Source: an uncultured Nitrospirales bacterium (GTDB lineage: Bacteria > Hydrogenedentota > Hydrogenedentia > Hydrogenedentales > Hydrogenedentaceae). From it: 32,849 nt of DNA. Positions 9,290 through 16,200 of the stretch are shown here, in pieces (the stretch's first letter is position 1; each line of letters opens with the position of its first letter). The translations under genes and the position numbers were made by a program. The stretch spans positions 1-32,849 of the forward strand of contig CAZZMK010000156.1 of the NCBI GenBank assembly GCA_964655185.1, written 5' to 3'. The notes under the pieces were generated by a model. That model worked only from the letters and a program-made list of their open reading frames with translations, did no database searches and was not told the origin of the DNA.

Positions 9290-9466
9290 TTACTTTCCCG
9301 AAGCCTCTGGTGATGACGAGTTGCTATTTTCTTCTTCGTCCTCCTCGTCTAAACTGGGTACTATTAAGTTTTTACTCGTTAAAACCTTGTAGAAACAATA
9401 TATATTCAATCCAATAATGATTCCCCACACAATGAACATATATAAATATGAATACCAAGTCATCAT
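9290..9466 (-). CDS. 58-aa single-TM micro-protein, candidate MetS-like small subunit of the upstream NSS transporter
   Basis: Not in the ORF track (below its length cut-off). My translation: MMTWYSYLYMFIVWGIIIGLNIYCFYKVLTSKNLIVPSLDEEDEEENSNSSSPEASGK, stop TAA at 9290..9292. The ATG at 9466 begins 1 nt after the NSS stop codon (9468..9470), implying translational coupling. It has one hydrophobic helix followed by an acidic tail. Confidence 0.5.
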   Translation of the reverse strand: MMTWYSYLYMFIVWGIIIGLNIYCFYKVLTSKNLIVPSLDEEDEEENSNSSSPEASGK

Positions 9467-9467
9467 A

Positions 9468-11075
9468 TTAACTCACCTTTTCTATCTTTTGGTGTTGAGT
9501 ATTATTTGACTCGTCATCATCAAAGAATTTCGGATGGGTTTGCCAGGCATACCATACGCCCCATATCAAAAAGAAAGTAACAGCAAGTATCATTATTCTT
9601 GCTAACCATATATATGGAACATCTTCTGGTGCAACGTATTTCATAGTTATTTTTTCGAGTAATCCGTCATAGCAAAACCATATAACAAGACCAACCGAGA
9701 ATATAGGTGTAATGTATTTCATTATATAATAGTACATCTTGGGTACTTTCAGTTCTGCCCCTTGATGTAGTTCTTCCCAACCTTTATCTATCCCAAAAAT
9801 CCAAGAAAATATTACTGTCTCAATAGCGACGAAAAGCACTAATCCAAATGTGCCCATCCAGTAGTCGAGTTCATCCAAAATCTTGTGATGATGGAATAGT
9901 ATTACAGGTTGCATAAACAAAAAAGCAAAGAAAGAAACTAATAATACACCTACTCGTTTATCTATCTGGAGTTCATCCTCTAAAAACACCAGGAGAGGAG
10001 TAAACATAGCCATACTCGAAGTAAGCCCTGCGAGAAATAGTAATAAGAACCACATTACACCGAATACTTCACCGTACGGAATTTGCTCAAAAATTAAAGG
10101 CAAAGCATAGAACCCGATAGCAAATGTTCCGTCAGTTTCAACTATTTCTCTCGCTCTTTCTACGCCGAAGAATACTACTGCTGCGGGGATTACAATTGAA
10201 CTGCCAAGCACTACCTCTACGAACTCATTTGTCATACATGCAGTGAGTCCATTTAATGTGAGGTCGTGCTTTTTCTTTAGATAACTTGCATAAGTGTGAA
10301 CCATCCCTAAACCTACACTTAAGGTAAAGAAAATCTGTCCAGTAGCAGAAATCCAAACGTGTGGCCTTGCAAGAGTTTTGAAATCATTCGGTGTTAAACG
10401 CCATATTTGGGCTAATCCATGGCTAACTGTTTGGTTTTCACCTCTCGGCGGGAGAGTTAGTACTCTAACTGCGAGAATTATGCCAAGCAATATGAGTATA
10501 GGCATGCAATACTTTGCTACAATCTCTATTCCTTTTGATATTCCTCTGCTCAGAACAAATATGTTTAGGGTAAAAGCAATAAGGAAAAAAGTATAAGATA
10601 TACTACTGAAACTTATAAGATTAGCATTTGCAGTTCCAACATAAGACCCAAATGATAGTTTCATCTCCTCATAAGTATGTTTACCTTTAAGCATACCGGT
10701 AGCCATTTGCCATGCGTATCCCAGTGCCCAGGATTCTATGTATATGTAATATATTCCTACCATTGCAGGGAGGAGTATCCCAAATATGCCGAGGTATTTA
10801 GAAATAGGATGTTTCCATAAGCGATAAAACATTCCCGGAGTAGTACCATGTTTAAATGCTCCCCCTCTCCTACCTATGCTCCATTCAATCCAAGCAAGTG
10901 GTATTCCTATAAGGATTAGAGCGGTGAAATATGGAATCATAAAAGCACCACCGTATGGAACAGCCTGGCCGGGAAAACGCAGAAAGTTACCAAGACCTAC
11001 TGCGTTTCCTGCCATCGCCATAATTAGACCGAATCTACTACCCCAACCTAATTCTTTGACAGGTCCTCGTCGCAT
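9468..11075 (-). CDS. Sodium-dependent transporter, neurotransmitter:sodium symporter (NSS/SNF) family
   Basis: 535 aa. Hallmark N-terminal motif WGSRFGLIMAMAGNAVGLGNFLRFP, then YGGAFMIPY, and about 11-12 TM spans. Confidence 0.9.
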   Translation of the reverse strand: MRRGPVKELGWGSRFGLIMAMAGNAVGLGNFLRFPGQAVPYGGAFMIPYFTALILIGIPLAWIEWSIGRRGGAFKHGTTPGMFYRLWKHPISKYLGIFGILLPAMVGIYYIYIESWALGYAWQMATGMLKGKHTYEEMKLSFGSYVGTANANLISFSSISYTFFLIAFTLNIFVLSRGISKGIEIVAKYCMPILILLGIILAVRVLTLPPRGENQTVSHGLAQIWRLTPNDFKTLARPHVWISATGQIFFTLSVGLGMVHTYASYLKKKHDLTLNGLTACMTNEFVEVVLGSSIVIPAAVVFFGVERAREIVETDGTFAIGFYALPLIFEQIPYGEVFGVMWFLLLFLAGLTSSMAMFTPLLVFLEDELQIDKRVGVLLVSFFAFLFMQPVILFHHHKILDELDYWMGTFGLVLFVAIETVIFSWIFGIDKGWEELHQGAELKVPKMYYYIMKYITPIFSVGLVIWFCYDGLLEKITMKYVAPEDVPYIWLARIMILAVTFFLIWGVWYAWQTHPKFFDDDESNNTQHQKIEKVS

Positions 11076-11178
11076 AGTAATACCCTGCCTCGATTGTTTT
11101 AGTTAGTTTGTTGGAGAAAAATTATACTATATTAAAATGGTATTTATAAAAAGTAAAAATTTTTTAAGGTCTAATGTT

Positions 11179-12588
11179 ATGGAGAAAAAATATAAATTAG
11201 GGGTTTTCATTTTCCGAAGAGATTTAAGATTATATGATAACTCTGCTCTCATATTAGGTAGCAAGTTGTGCAATGAACTTCTACCTTGTTTTATTTTAGA
11301 CCCGAGACAAATCGAAAACAATCCATATAGGGGTGAGCCTGCAGTTCAGTTTATGGTAGAGAGCATTATTTCATTGAAAAATGAAATAGAAAAACTCGGA
11401 GGCAAATTGTATATATTTTACGGTCATCCTCACGAAATAATCTCTCAATTAATTGAAAAGATAAAGATAGAGGCAATATTTCTAAACAAAGATTATACTC
11501 CCTTTTCTAAGCAAAGGGATGAATTAATCAAGGTTAAGGCGGATGAGAAAGGTATTGCCTTTTATATTAAAGATGACCTTTTGCTCTCCAGTCTAAGGGC
11601 AATCCTCAAAGATGACGGCACCCCCATAACTGTATTCAGTAGATTTTATAAAAAGGTAGTTTTAAGTGAGCCAGTTCCTAAGCCCGAAGGATTGAAAGAG
11701 GTTAACTGGTTTAATCAAACTATTGGCTTTGAAGTTTCCGATGAAACATTGAAGAGAATTCTTAAGAGATACAATAAGGCAATTGCATTAAAAGGGGGTA
11801 GAGAATCAGGGCTAAAAAATTTGGAGCGCGCATATAATCTATGCAGGTATGCAGATGAACGCGATATGTTGGATGCAAACGGGACAACTATGTTATCACC
11901 TTACCTTAAGTTTGGGTGCTTGTCTATCCGGGAAGTATACTGGGGAATTACTAAGAATCACCCTGACCCGACGCCGATAATAAGACAACTCTACTGGCGG
12001 GATTTCTTTACTTTAATTGCTAACTACTACCCTGAAGTGTTTGGCAACGAATTTAATAAGACATATAGAGGTATGTGGTGGTCTCATGATGAAGAAATGT
12101 TTACAAGATGGACAGAAGGCTTAACTGGATTTCCTATAGTAGATGCCGGAATGCGAGAACTTGTGCAAACAGGATGGATGCATAACCGAGCACGGCTAAT
12201 TACCGCTTCTTTTTTAACTAAAGATTTGCATATTGACTGGCGATGGGGTGAGCAATTCTTTGCTCAGAATCTTGTTGACTATGACCCCTCAGTAAACAAT
12301 GGGAACTGGCAATGGTGCGCAGGTACAGGGTGTGATGCTCAGCCCTACTTCCGTATTTTCAACCCTTGGCTACAAGCAAAAAAGTTTGACCCACAGACTA
12401 AATATATTAAAAAGTGGCTCCCTGAACTCAAAGATTTCTCTTCCGAAGAAATACATAATTGGGATAAACTTTCTGAGCGTATGAGTATTAAAGATGTATA
12501 TCCAAAACCTTGCGTAAATCACGCTGAAGAGGCTGAAAAGACGAAACTGTTATTCAGACAGTTTGTTATTGAGAATCCTAAGATATAA
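11179..12588 (+). CDS. phr: Deoxyribodipyrimidine photolyase / cryptochrome-photolyase family flavoprotein
   Basis: The ORF is open from 11137, but the ATG at 11179 (MEKKYKLGVFIFRRDLRLYDNSAL) gives the canonical short N-terminus and has an AAGG about 10 nt upstream. FAD-binding region: TGFPIVDAGMRELVQTGWMHNRARLITASFLTKDLHIDWRWGEQFF...DYDPSVNNGNWQW. Confidence 0.85.
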   Translation: MEKKYKLGVFIFRRDLRLYDNSALILGSKLCNELLPCFILDPRQIENNPYRGEPAVQFMVESIISLKNEIEKLGGKLYIFYGHPHEIISQLIEKIKIEAIFLNKDYTPFSKQRDELIKVKADEKGIAFYIKDDLLLSSLRAILKDDGTPITVFSRFYKKVVLSEPVPKPEGLKEVNWFNQTIGFEVSDETLKRILKRYNKAIALKGGRESGLKNLERAYNLCRYADERDMLDANGTTMLSPYLKFGCLSIREVYWGITKNHPDPTPIIRQLYWRDFFTLIANYYPEVFGNEFNKTYRGMWWSHDEEMFTRWTEGLTGFPIVDAGMRELVQTGWMHNRARLITASFLTKDLHIDWRWGEQFFAQNLVDYDPSVNNGNWQWCAGTGCDAQPYFRIFNPWLQAKKFDPQTKYIKKWLPELKDFSSEEIHNWDKLSERMSIKDVYPKPCVNHAEEAEKTKLLFRQFVIENPKI

Positions 12589-12594
12589 GTAACT

Positions 12595-14007
12595 CTAATT
12601 CCCAAGGTAGCCTAACGATTCGAGTTGGTTTTTTATATCAGATGGTAGTTCAGTAGTATTGGGAACTGTGGATTCACCTTTCGTTTTGTAATAATTCATC
12701 TCTCCCAGTAAAGATTCAACAACAGATTGATTGGTTTTGCTCACATCTATAGTTTCTTTGCTATCTTCGTCTAGATTGTATAGTTGTATTTCACCTTTTT
12801 TCACATCTTCGATAAGTTTCCAAGGAGGTTTTATAAGCCCCTTATACTCTATGTTAAGTTCCTTCCATGGCCCCCAAGTAATCATATAAGATGACACATC
12901 TTCTTTCTCTGATAAGGTTAACATATCAGGTTCTTCGAATTGGGGTGGAGTAGGTAGATTTAATAATTTTAAGATAGTGTTTGCAAGCCCTGCAGTAGAT
13001 ACAGGTTTATCAATTCGTTTGGGAGAAATCTTCCAGCCATGGATTATTACTGGTACCCTCACCTGTTCTTCATATAGCGTAGTTCCATGTCCAACCCCGT
13101 CATGCTCCCAGAATTCTTCACCATGGTCTGATACAATTACAAATATAGTTTTTGGAAAATTCTTTTTTATAAAGTCTATTATTTTTTTTACCTCCGTATC
13201 TGCACATAAGACCTCTCCAAGATATAGCCTATGTATCTCCTTTTTACCTGCCTCTGAATACTCAAATTCTGGAGGGGTAGGTTTCACGTGGGTTTTGTAT
13301 CTAACTAAATCCATCAGATATTCCATATATTTTTCGGGAGAGGTCCATTGTTTTTCTTCCTCAGAAAGGGTCTGTTCAGAAGGTATATTTTTAACTATAT
13401 CAGCAGGTGGTGAATATGGAGCGTGGGGGTCTAAGTAATGTAGGTAGAGGAAAAAAGGATTTTTTGCCTTCATCAGCAATTCTTTAGCCTTTTGGGTTAC
13501 GGTTTGAGCAGTTGCTCCAAGTTCAACAATATAATTTTCAGGTTTAAATCCCTGGGAAAAACCTAAAAGGGGTACGAGATTGCCATTAGTTTGCACAGCG
13601 TAGGTCTCATAGCCTTTTTGGGAGAGATACTCGGGTAGTGTGAGGTAACTTTCAGGTAATATATCACTTGTTGGATTGTTGGGGTCCTCGTTTATAGTAC
13701 TGTACCTTACTTGATGTTTTTCTGGAGATACCCCGGTAAGAAAAGTGGCTAAAGTAGGTTTAGTCCAACTACAAGGTGTTACCGCATTGGAAAAATAGAT
13801 GGATTCTTCCGCAAGGGATGACAGGAATGGAGTAATTGGATGTGGCTTCAAAGAAGGATTTATACAATCAGCGCGAAGGGTATCGATTAGTATAAATACC
13901 ATATTAGGCGGAGATAGTATTTCATTCTGGATATAGTAACCTAACCAGATTAAGCCTATTCCTAATAAAATTAATATTAGCGTTATTATTATTTGGACCT
14001 TACTCAA
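12595..14007 (-). CDS. Membrane-anchored sulfatase-fold (alkaline-phosphatase superfamily) hydrolase/transferase
   Basis: 470 aa. N-terminal TM anchor IIITLILILLGIGLIWLGYY. Metal-site motif FILIDTLRAD. C-terminal SDHGEEFWEHDGVGHG is typical of the sulfatase family. The nucleophile region reads TKPTLATFLTG instead of C/S-x-P-x-R-x(4)-TG. Confidence 0.75.
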   Translation of the reverse strand: MSKVQIIITLILILLGIGLIWLGYYIQNEILSPPNMVFILIDTLRADCINPSLKPHPITPFLSSLAEESIYFSNAVTPCSWTKPTLATFLTGVSPEKHQVRYSTINEDPNNPTSDILPESYLTLPEYLSQKGYETYAVQTNGNLVPLLGFSQGFKPENYIVELGATAQTVTQKAKELLMKAKNPFFLYLHYLDPHAPYSPPADIVKNIPSEQTLSEEEKQWTSPEKYMEYLMDLVRYKTHVKPTPPEFEYSEAGKKEIHRLYLGEVLCADTEVKKIIDFIKKNFPKTIFVIVSDHGEEFWEHDGVGHGTTLYEEQVRVPVIIHGWKISPKRIDKPVSTAGLANTILKLLNLPTPPQFEEPDMLTLSEKEDVSSYMITWGPWKELNIEYKGLIKPPWKLIEDVKKGEIQLYNLDEDSKETIDVSKTNQSVVESLLGEMNYYKTKGESTVPNTTELPSDIKNQLESLGYLGN

Positions 14008-14034
14008 CCTGTATTTCCTAAGTTCGAATTGGAT

Positions 14035-14763
14035 TTATTCTGGTTCTACTTGGAGGTCATATACAAAGGTATGCTCTCCACGAAGTGGACACTGGACTAA
14101 CCATTTTCCTTCAGGTGACATAATGCCCGATGGCGAATTAATCACACCATTTATTGATGCTGAATTTACCGTTACTATATAACAACCGCTTTCTCTTGCT
14201 CTTAATCTTAGGTTGATGTCGTAGTAAGGTAGGTAAGTCTGGTCTATTCCTGTATTAGCGAGGTGAAATATTATTTGTGCCCCTCTTTTCCCTAATTGAT
14301 AAGTTAATCGAGGGTCCGGATATGGACCAAATCCTGGTGCTACCCATAAGTCGTTGCCGATAAGACAGCCAAATGTTACACCTTTATATTTGAATAATCT
14401 CAATTCTTCCCCTGGTCTACACCATTTGCGGTCTTCTTCAGTAGGTACCAATTTCTCCTGAGTTCCAAGTAATTTCCCTTCGTCTGTATATATTCGTGCC
14501 TGAATATATGTATGTCCGTCCTTTCTTACCCCAGTTCCTATAATTGCACATACATAATTCTTTTTGCACGCAGATGCTATTTGTTTCCACGCTTCTGTAG
14601 TTCTCACATCGCTAAAATTATTGTTATAACCAGTGAGGCTCATCTCGGGGAATAATATTATATCGCAGTCGCCTTCTTGTATATGTTCAAGTATCTTGGG
14701 AAGATTTTCCTTCTTACTGTCACTTACTTTCATTTGCACGCCTTTTATCCTGAGCGTTTTCAT
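14035..14763 (-). CDS. Carbon-nitrogen hydrolase (nitrilase superfamily) protein
   Basis: 242 aa. Candidate Glu-Lys-Cys triad: E40 in ILFPEMSLTGY, K104 in QEKLVP, C133 in FGCLIGNDLW. An AAAGGAAG SD lies upstream of the ATG. The gene is 27 nt upstream of the sulfatase-fold gene on the same strand. Confidence 0.8.
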   Translation of the reverse strand: MKTLRIKGVQMKVSDSKKENLPKILEHIQEGDCDIILFPEMSLTGYNNNFSDVRTTEAWKQIASACKKNYVCAIIGTGVRKDGHTYIQARIYTDEGKLLGTQEKLVPTEEDRKWCRPGEELRLFKYKGVTFGCLIGNDLWVAPGFGPYPDPRLTYQLGKRGAQIIFHLANTGIDQTYLPYYDINLRLRARESGCYIVTVNSASINGVINSPSGIMSPEGKWLVQCPLRGEHTFVYDLQVEPE

Positions 14764-14850
14764 AACTGCTTCCTTTTTCGTTAGTTTCTTAAAATAATTT
14801 TATGTTTCTAAAATTATGACAAAAAGTATATGAATATTTGAAATTTGTTG

Positions 14851-14870
14851 TGTGTTATATTGTGTTATAT
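14851..14870. repeat. Tandem direct repeat TGTGTTATAT x2 in the long AT-rich spacer
   Basis: Two perfect adjacent 10-mers, read directly at 14851..14860 and 14861..14870. They lie about 90-105 nt upstream of the CN-hydrolase start on the minus strand. Confidence 0.6.
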
Positions 14871-14941
14871 ATTAATAAGTAGTTTAGATTAAAAATCGAA
14901 TATTTGGAGTTTTAACTCGTCATTTTATCAAAAATATTATT

Positions 14942-14970
14942 TTGCTATTGCTGAATATTCGTATTATAAT
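14942..14970 (+). promoter_or_regulatory. Candidate sigma70-type promoter (TTGCTA-17 nt-TATAAT)
   Basis: -35 TTGCTA at 14942..14947, an exact 17-nt spacer, and -10 TATAAT at 14965..14970. This would give a leader of about 175 nt for the 15154 ORF. AT-rich context raises the chance-match rate. Confidence 0.35.
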
Positions 14971-15071
14971 TAAAAATAAGCATATATTTTGATATTCCAA
15001 GAAATTGGAAAAGAAAAAATTAAAAGTAATATTATTTTTTGTTGTTTAGTCAGCAAAATATTGTTTTTGTA

Positions 15072-15080
15072 TGTTATAAT
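15072..15080 (+). promoter_or_regulatory. Candidate extended -10 promoter (TGTTATAAT)
   Basis: TGnTATAAT at 15072..15080, about 75 nt upstream of the ATG at 15154. No convincing -35 was seen. Confidence 0.35.
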
Positions 15081-15153
15081 GTATGTGGTAGGAATTTAGT
15101 GGACATAATATATAAGTGGGAAGAGTCTTGTCTCAGAAAAAAGGTATATTTAC

Positions 15154-16200
15154 ATGCAGTTTAATGAAAGTCAAAAAGATTATATATTCGAAGATGTAAG
15201 TGGCAGTGGTAAGTTATCTGATGATTCTATTAAAGGGTTGAACAAAGAAATTCTTGAGTGGTCCAAATACTATAGCGAGGCCTTCCCAAGAATTTCTCAG
15301 ATGATAGATAGAATCATTCAAAGACTACCTCGATTTAGAGCCACATTAAGGGATAGAAGAAGGCTTAATGCTTTCGTGAAAAAAATTCAGGCTACTGTTG
15401 AAAATGCAGTTACAATCGAAGGTAAGAGGCGGGCAATTTTCCTTGCTGAAAGTCAGATAAAAGAGATTAGGTCTGCAATTGCTCAGTGTTATACTGCAAT
15501 AGTTGCGTTTGATGATGCTTTGGACCGAACAATGAAGTTATTAGAACTTCTGCCTGAGGATACAGTTGATGTGGTCGGTGATTCAGACACTAAAACTCAG
15601 TCTATAGAAGTGAGTTCTCGCCAAATTCCTGAGGATAAATTCCTGAGAGAGATTCAGGCTAAACCGGCAGGCTTTATTTCTCAGCAAGATTTGTATACTG
15701 GTCAATATTCCCCACAAGAAGAGAAAGTCGAAATAGAGGGGGAGGAAGATTACACTGAGAAACTTCGGTTTGGCGAATTACTTATTAAGGAGAAAGTAAT
15801 TACTCGCGAGCAACTTCAGAAGGCATTGCTTTACCAAAAGCAAATGAATAATAGGCGTGAGCCTCTTGGCTCTATTATTGTCAGATTAGGGTATACTGAT
15901 GACGTTTCTATAGCGCGAGCACTTGCAAAGCAAAGTGGATATCCATTTATTGCTGACCTGACAAATTATCCTATTCAGGGCGCAGCACTTAGATTGGTTC
16001 CCGAGAGAATAGCGAGAATGCACGAGTGTATTCCTCTTGAGGTCCGCGGGAATACATTGAAAGTCGCTATTGCGAACCCCTACAATCTTTTGGCTTTGGA
16101 AGATTTAAAACTTGTTACTAATTGTACCCTTGAAATAGTAGTAGCGCCCAAGGGACAGATAATGTCAATGATAAGGCGGAATTATAAACCAACTATTTAG
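15154..16200 (+). CDS. Stand-alone GspE-N/MshEN (T2SSE_N) domain protein with an uncharacterised helical N-terminal half
   Basis: 348 aa. aa ~203-345 match the GspE N-terminal domain pattern: RFGELLIKEKVITREQLQKALLYQ, PLGSIIVRLGYTDDVSIARALAKQ, GYPFIADL, LVPERIARMHECIPLEVRGNTLKVAIANPYNLLALEDLKLVTNCTLEIVVAPKGQI. No ATPase domain follows. I could not assign aa 1-200 to any family. Confidence 0.7.
   Translation: MQFNESQKDYIFEDVSGSGKLSDDSIKGLNKEILEWSKYYSEAFPRISQMIDRIIQRLPRFRATLRDRRRLNAFVKKIQATVENAVTIEGKRRAIFLAESQIKEIRSAIAQCYTAIVAFDDALDRTMKLLELLPEDTVDVVGDSDTKTQSIEVSSRQIPEDKFLREIQAKPAGFISQQDLYTGQYSPQEEKVEIEGEEDYTEKLRFGELLIKEKVITREQLQKALLYQKQMNNRREPLGSIIVRLGYTDDVSIARALAKQSGYPFIADLTNYPIQGAALRLVPERIARMHECIPLEVRGNTLKVAIANPYNLLALEDLKLVTNCTLEIVVAPKGQIMSMIRRNYKPTI

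Noticed and set aside
12977-13438. 153-aa plus-strand ORF antisense to the sulfatase-fold gene
   Set aside because: It lies wholly inside a gene with clear family motifs on the other strand. The translation is Ser/Pro/Gly-rich and featureless, and I saw no SD.
14764-15153. The AT-rich 390-bp spacer as a replication origin, CRISPR leader/array, or mobile-element scar
   Set aside because: I saw no DnaA-box-like 9-mers. There is only one two-copy 10-mer, with no spaced repeats, no terminal inverted repeats or target duplications, and no adjacent dnaA, cas, integrase or tRNA genes.
15154-16200. The GspE-N domain gene as a remnant or marker of a type II secretion / type IV pilus or novel secretion locus
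   Set aside because: There is no ATPase domain in the protein, and no GspF/PilC, pseudopilin, secretin or prepilin peptidase genes anywhere in the window. It is better treated as an orphan sensor-type domain.
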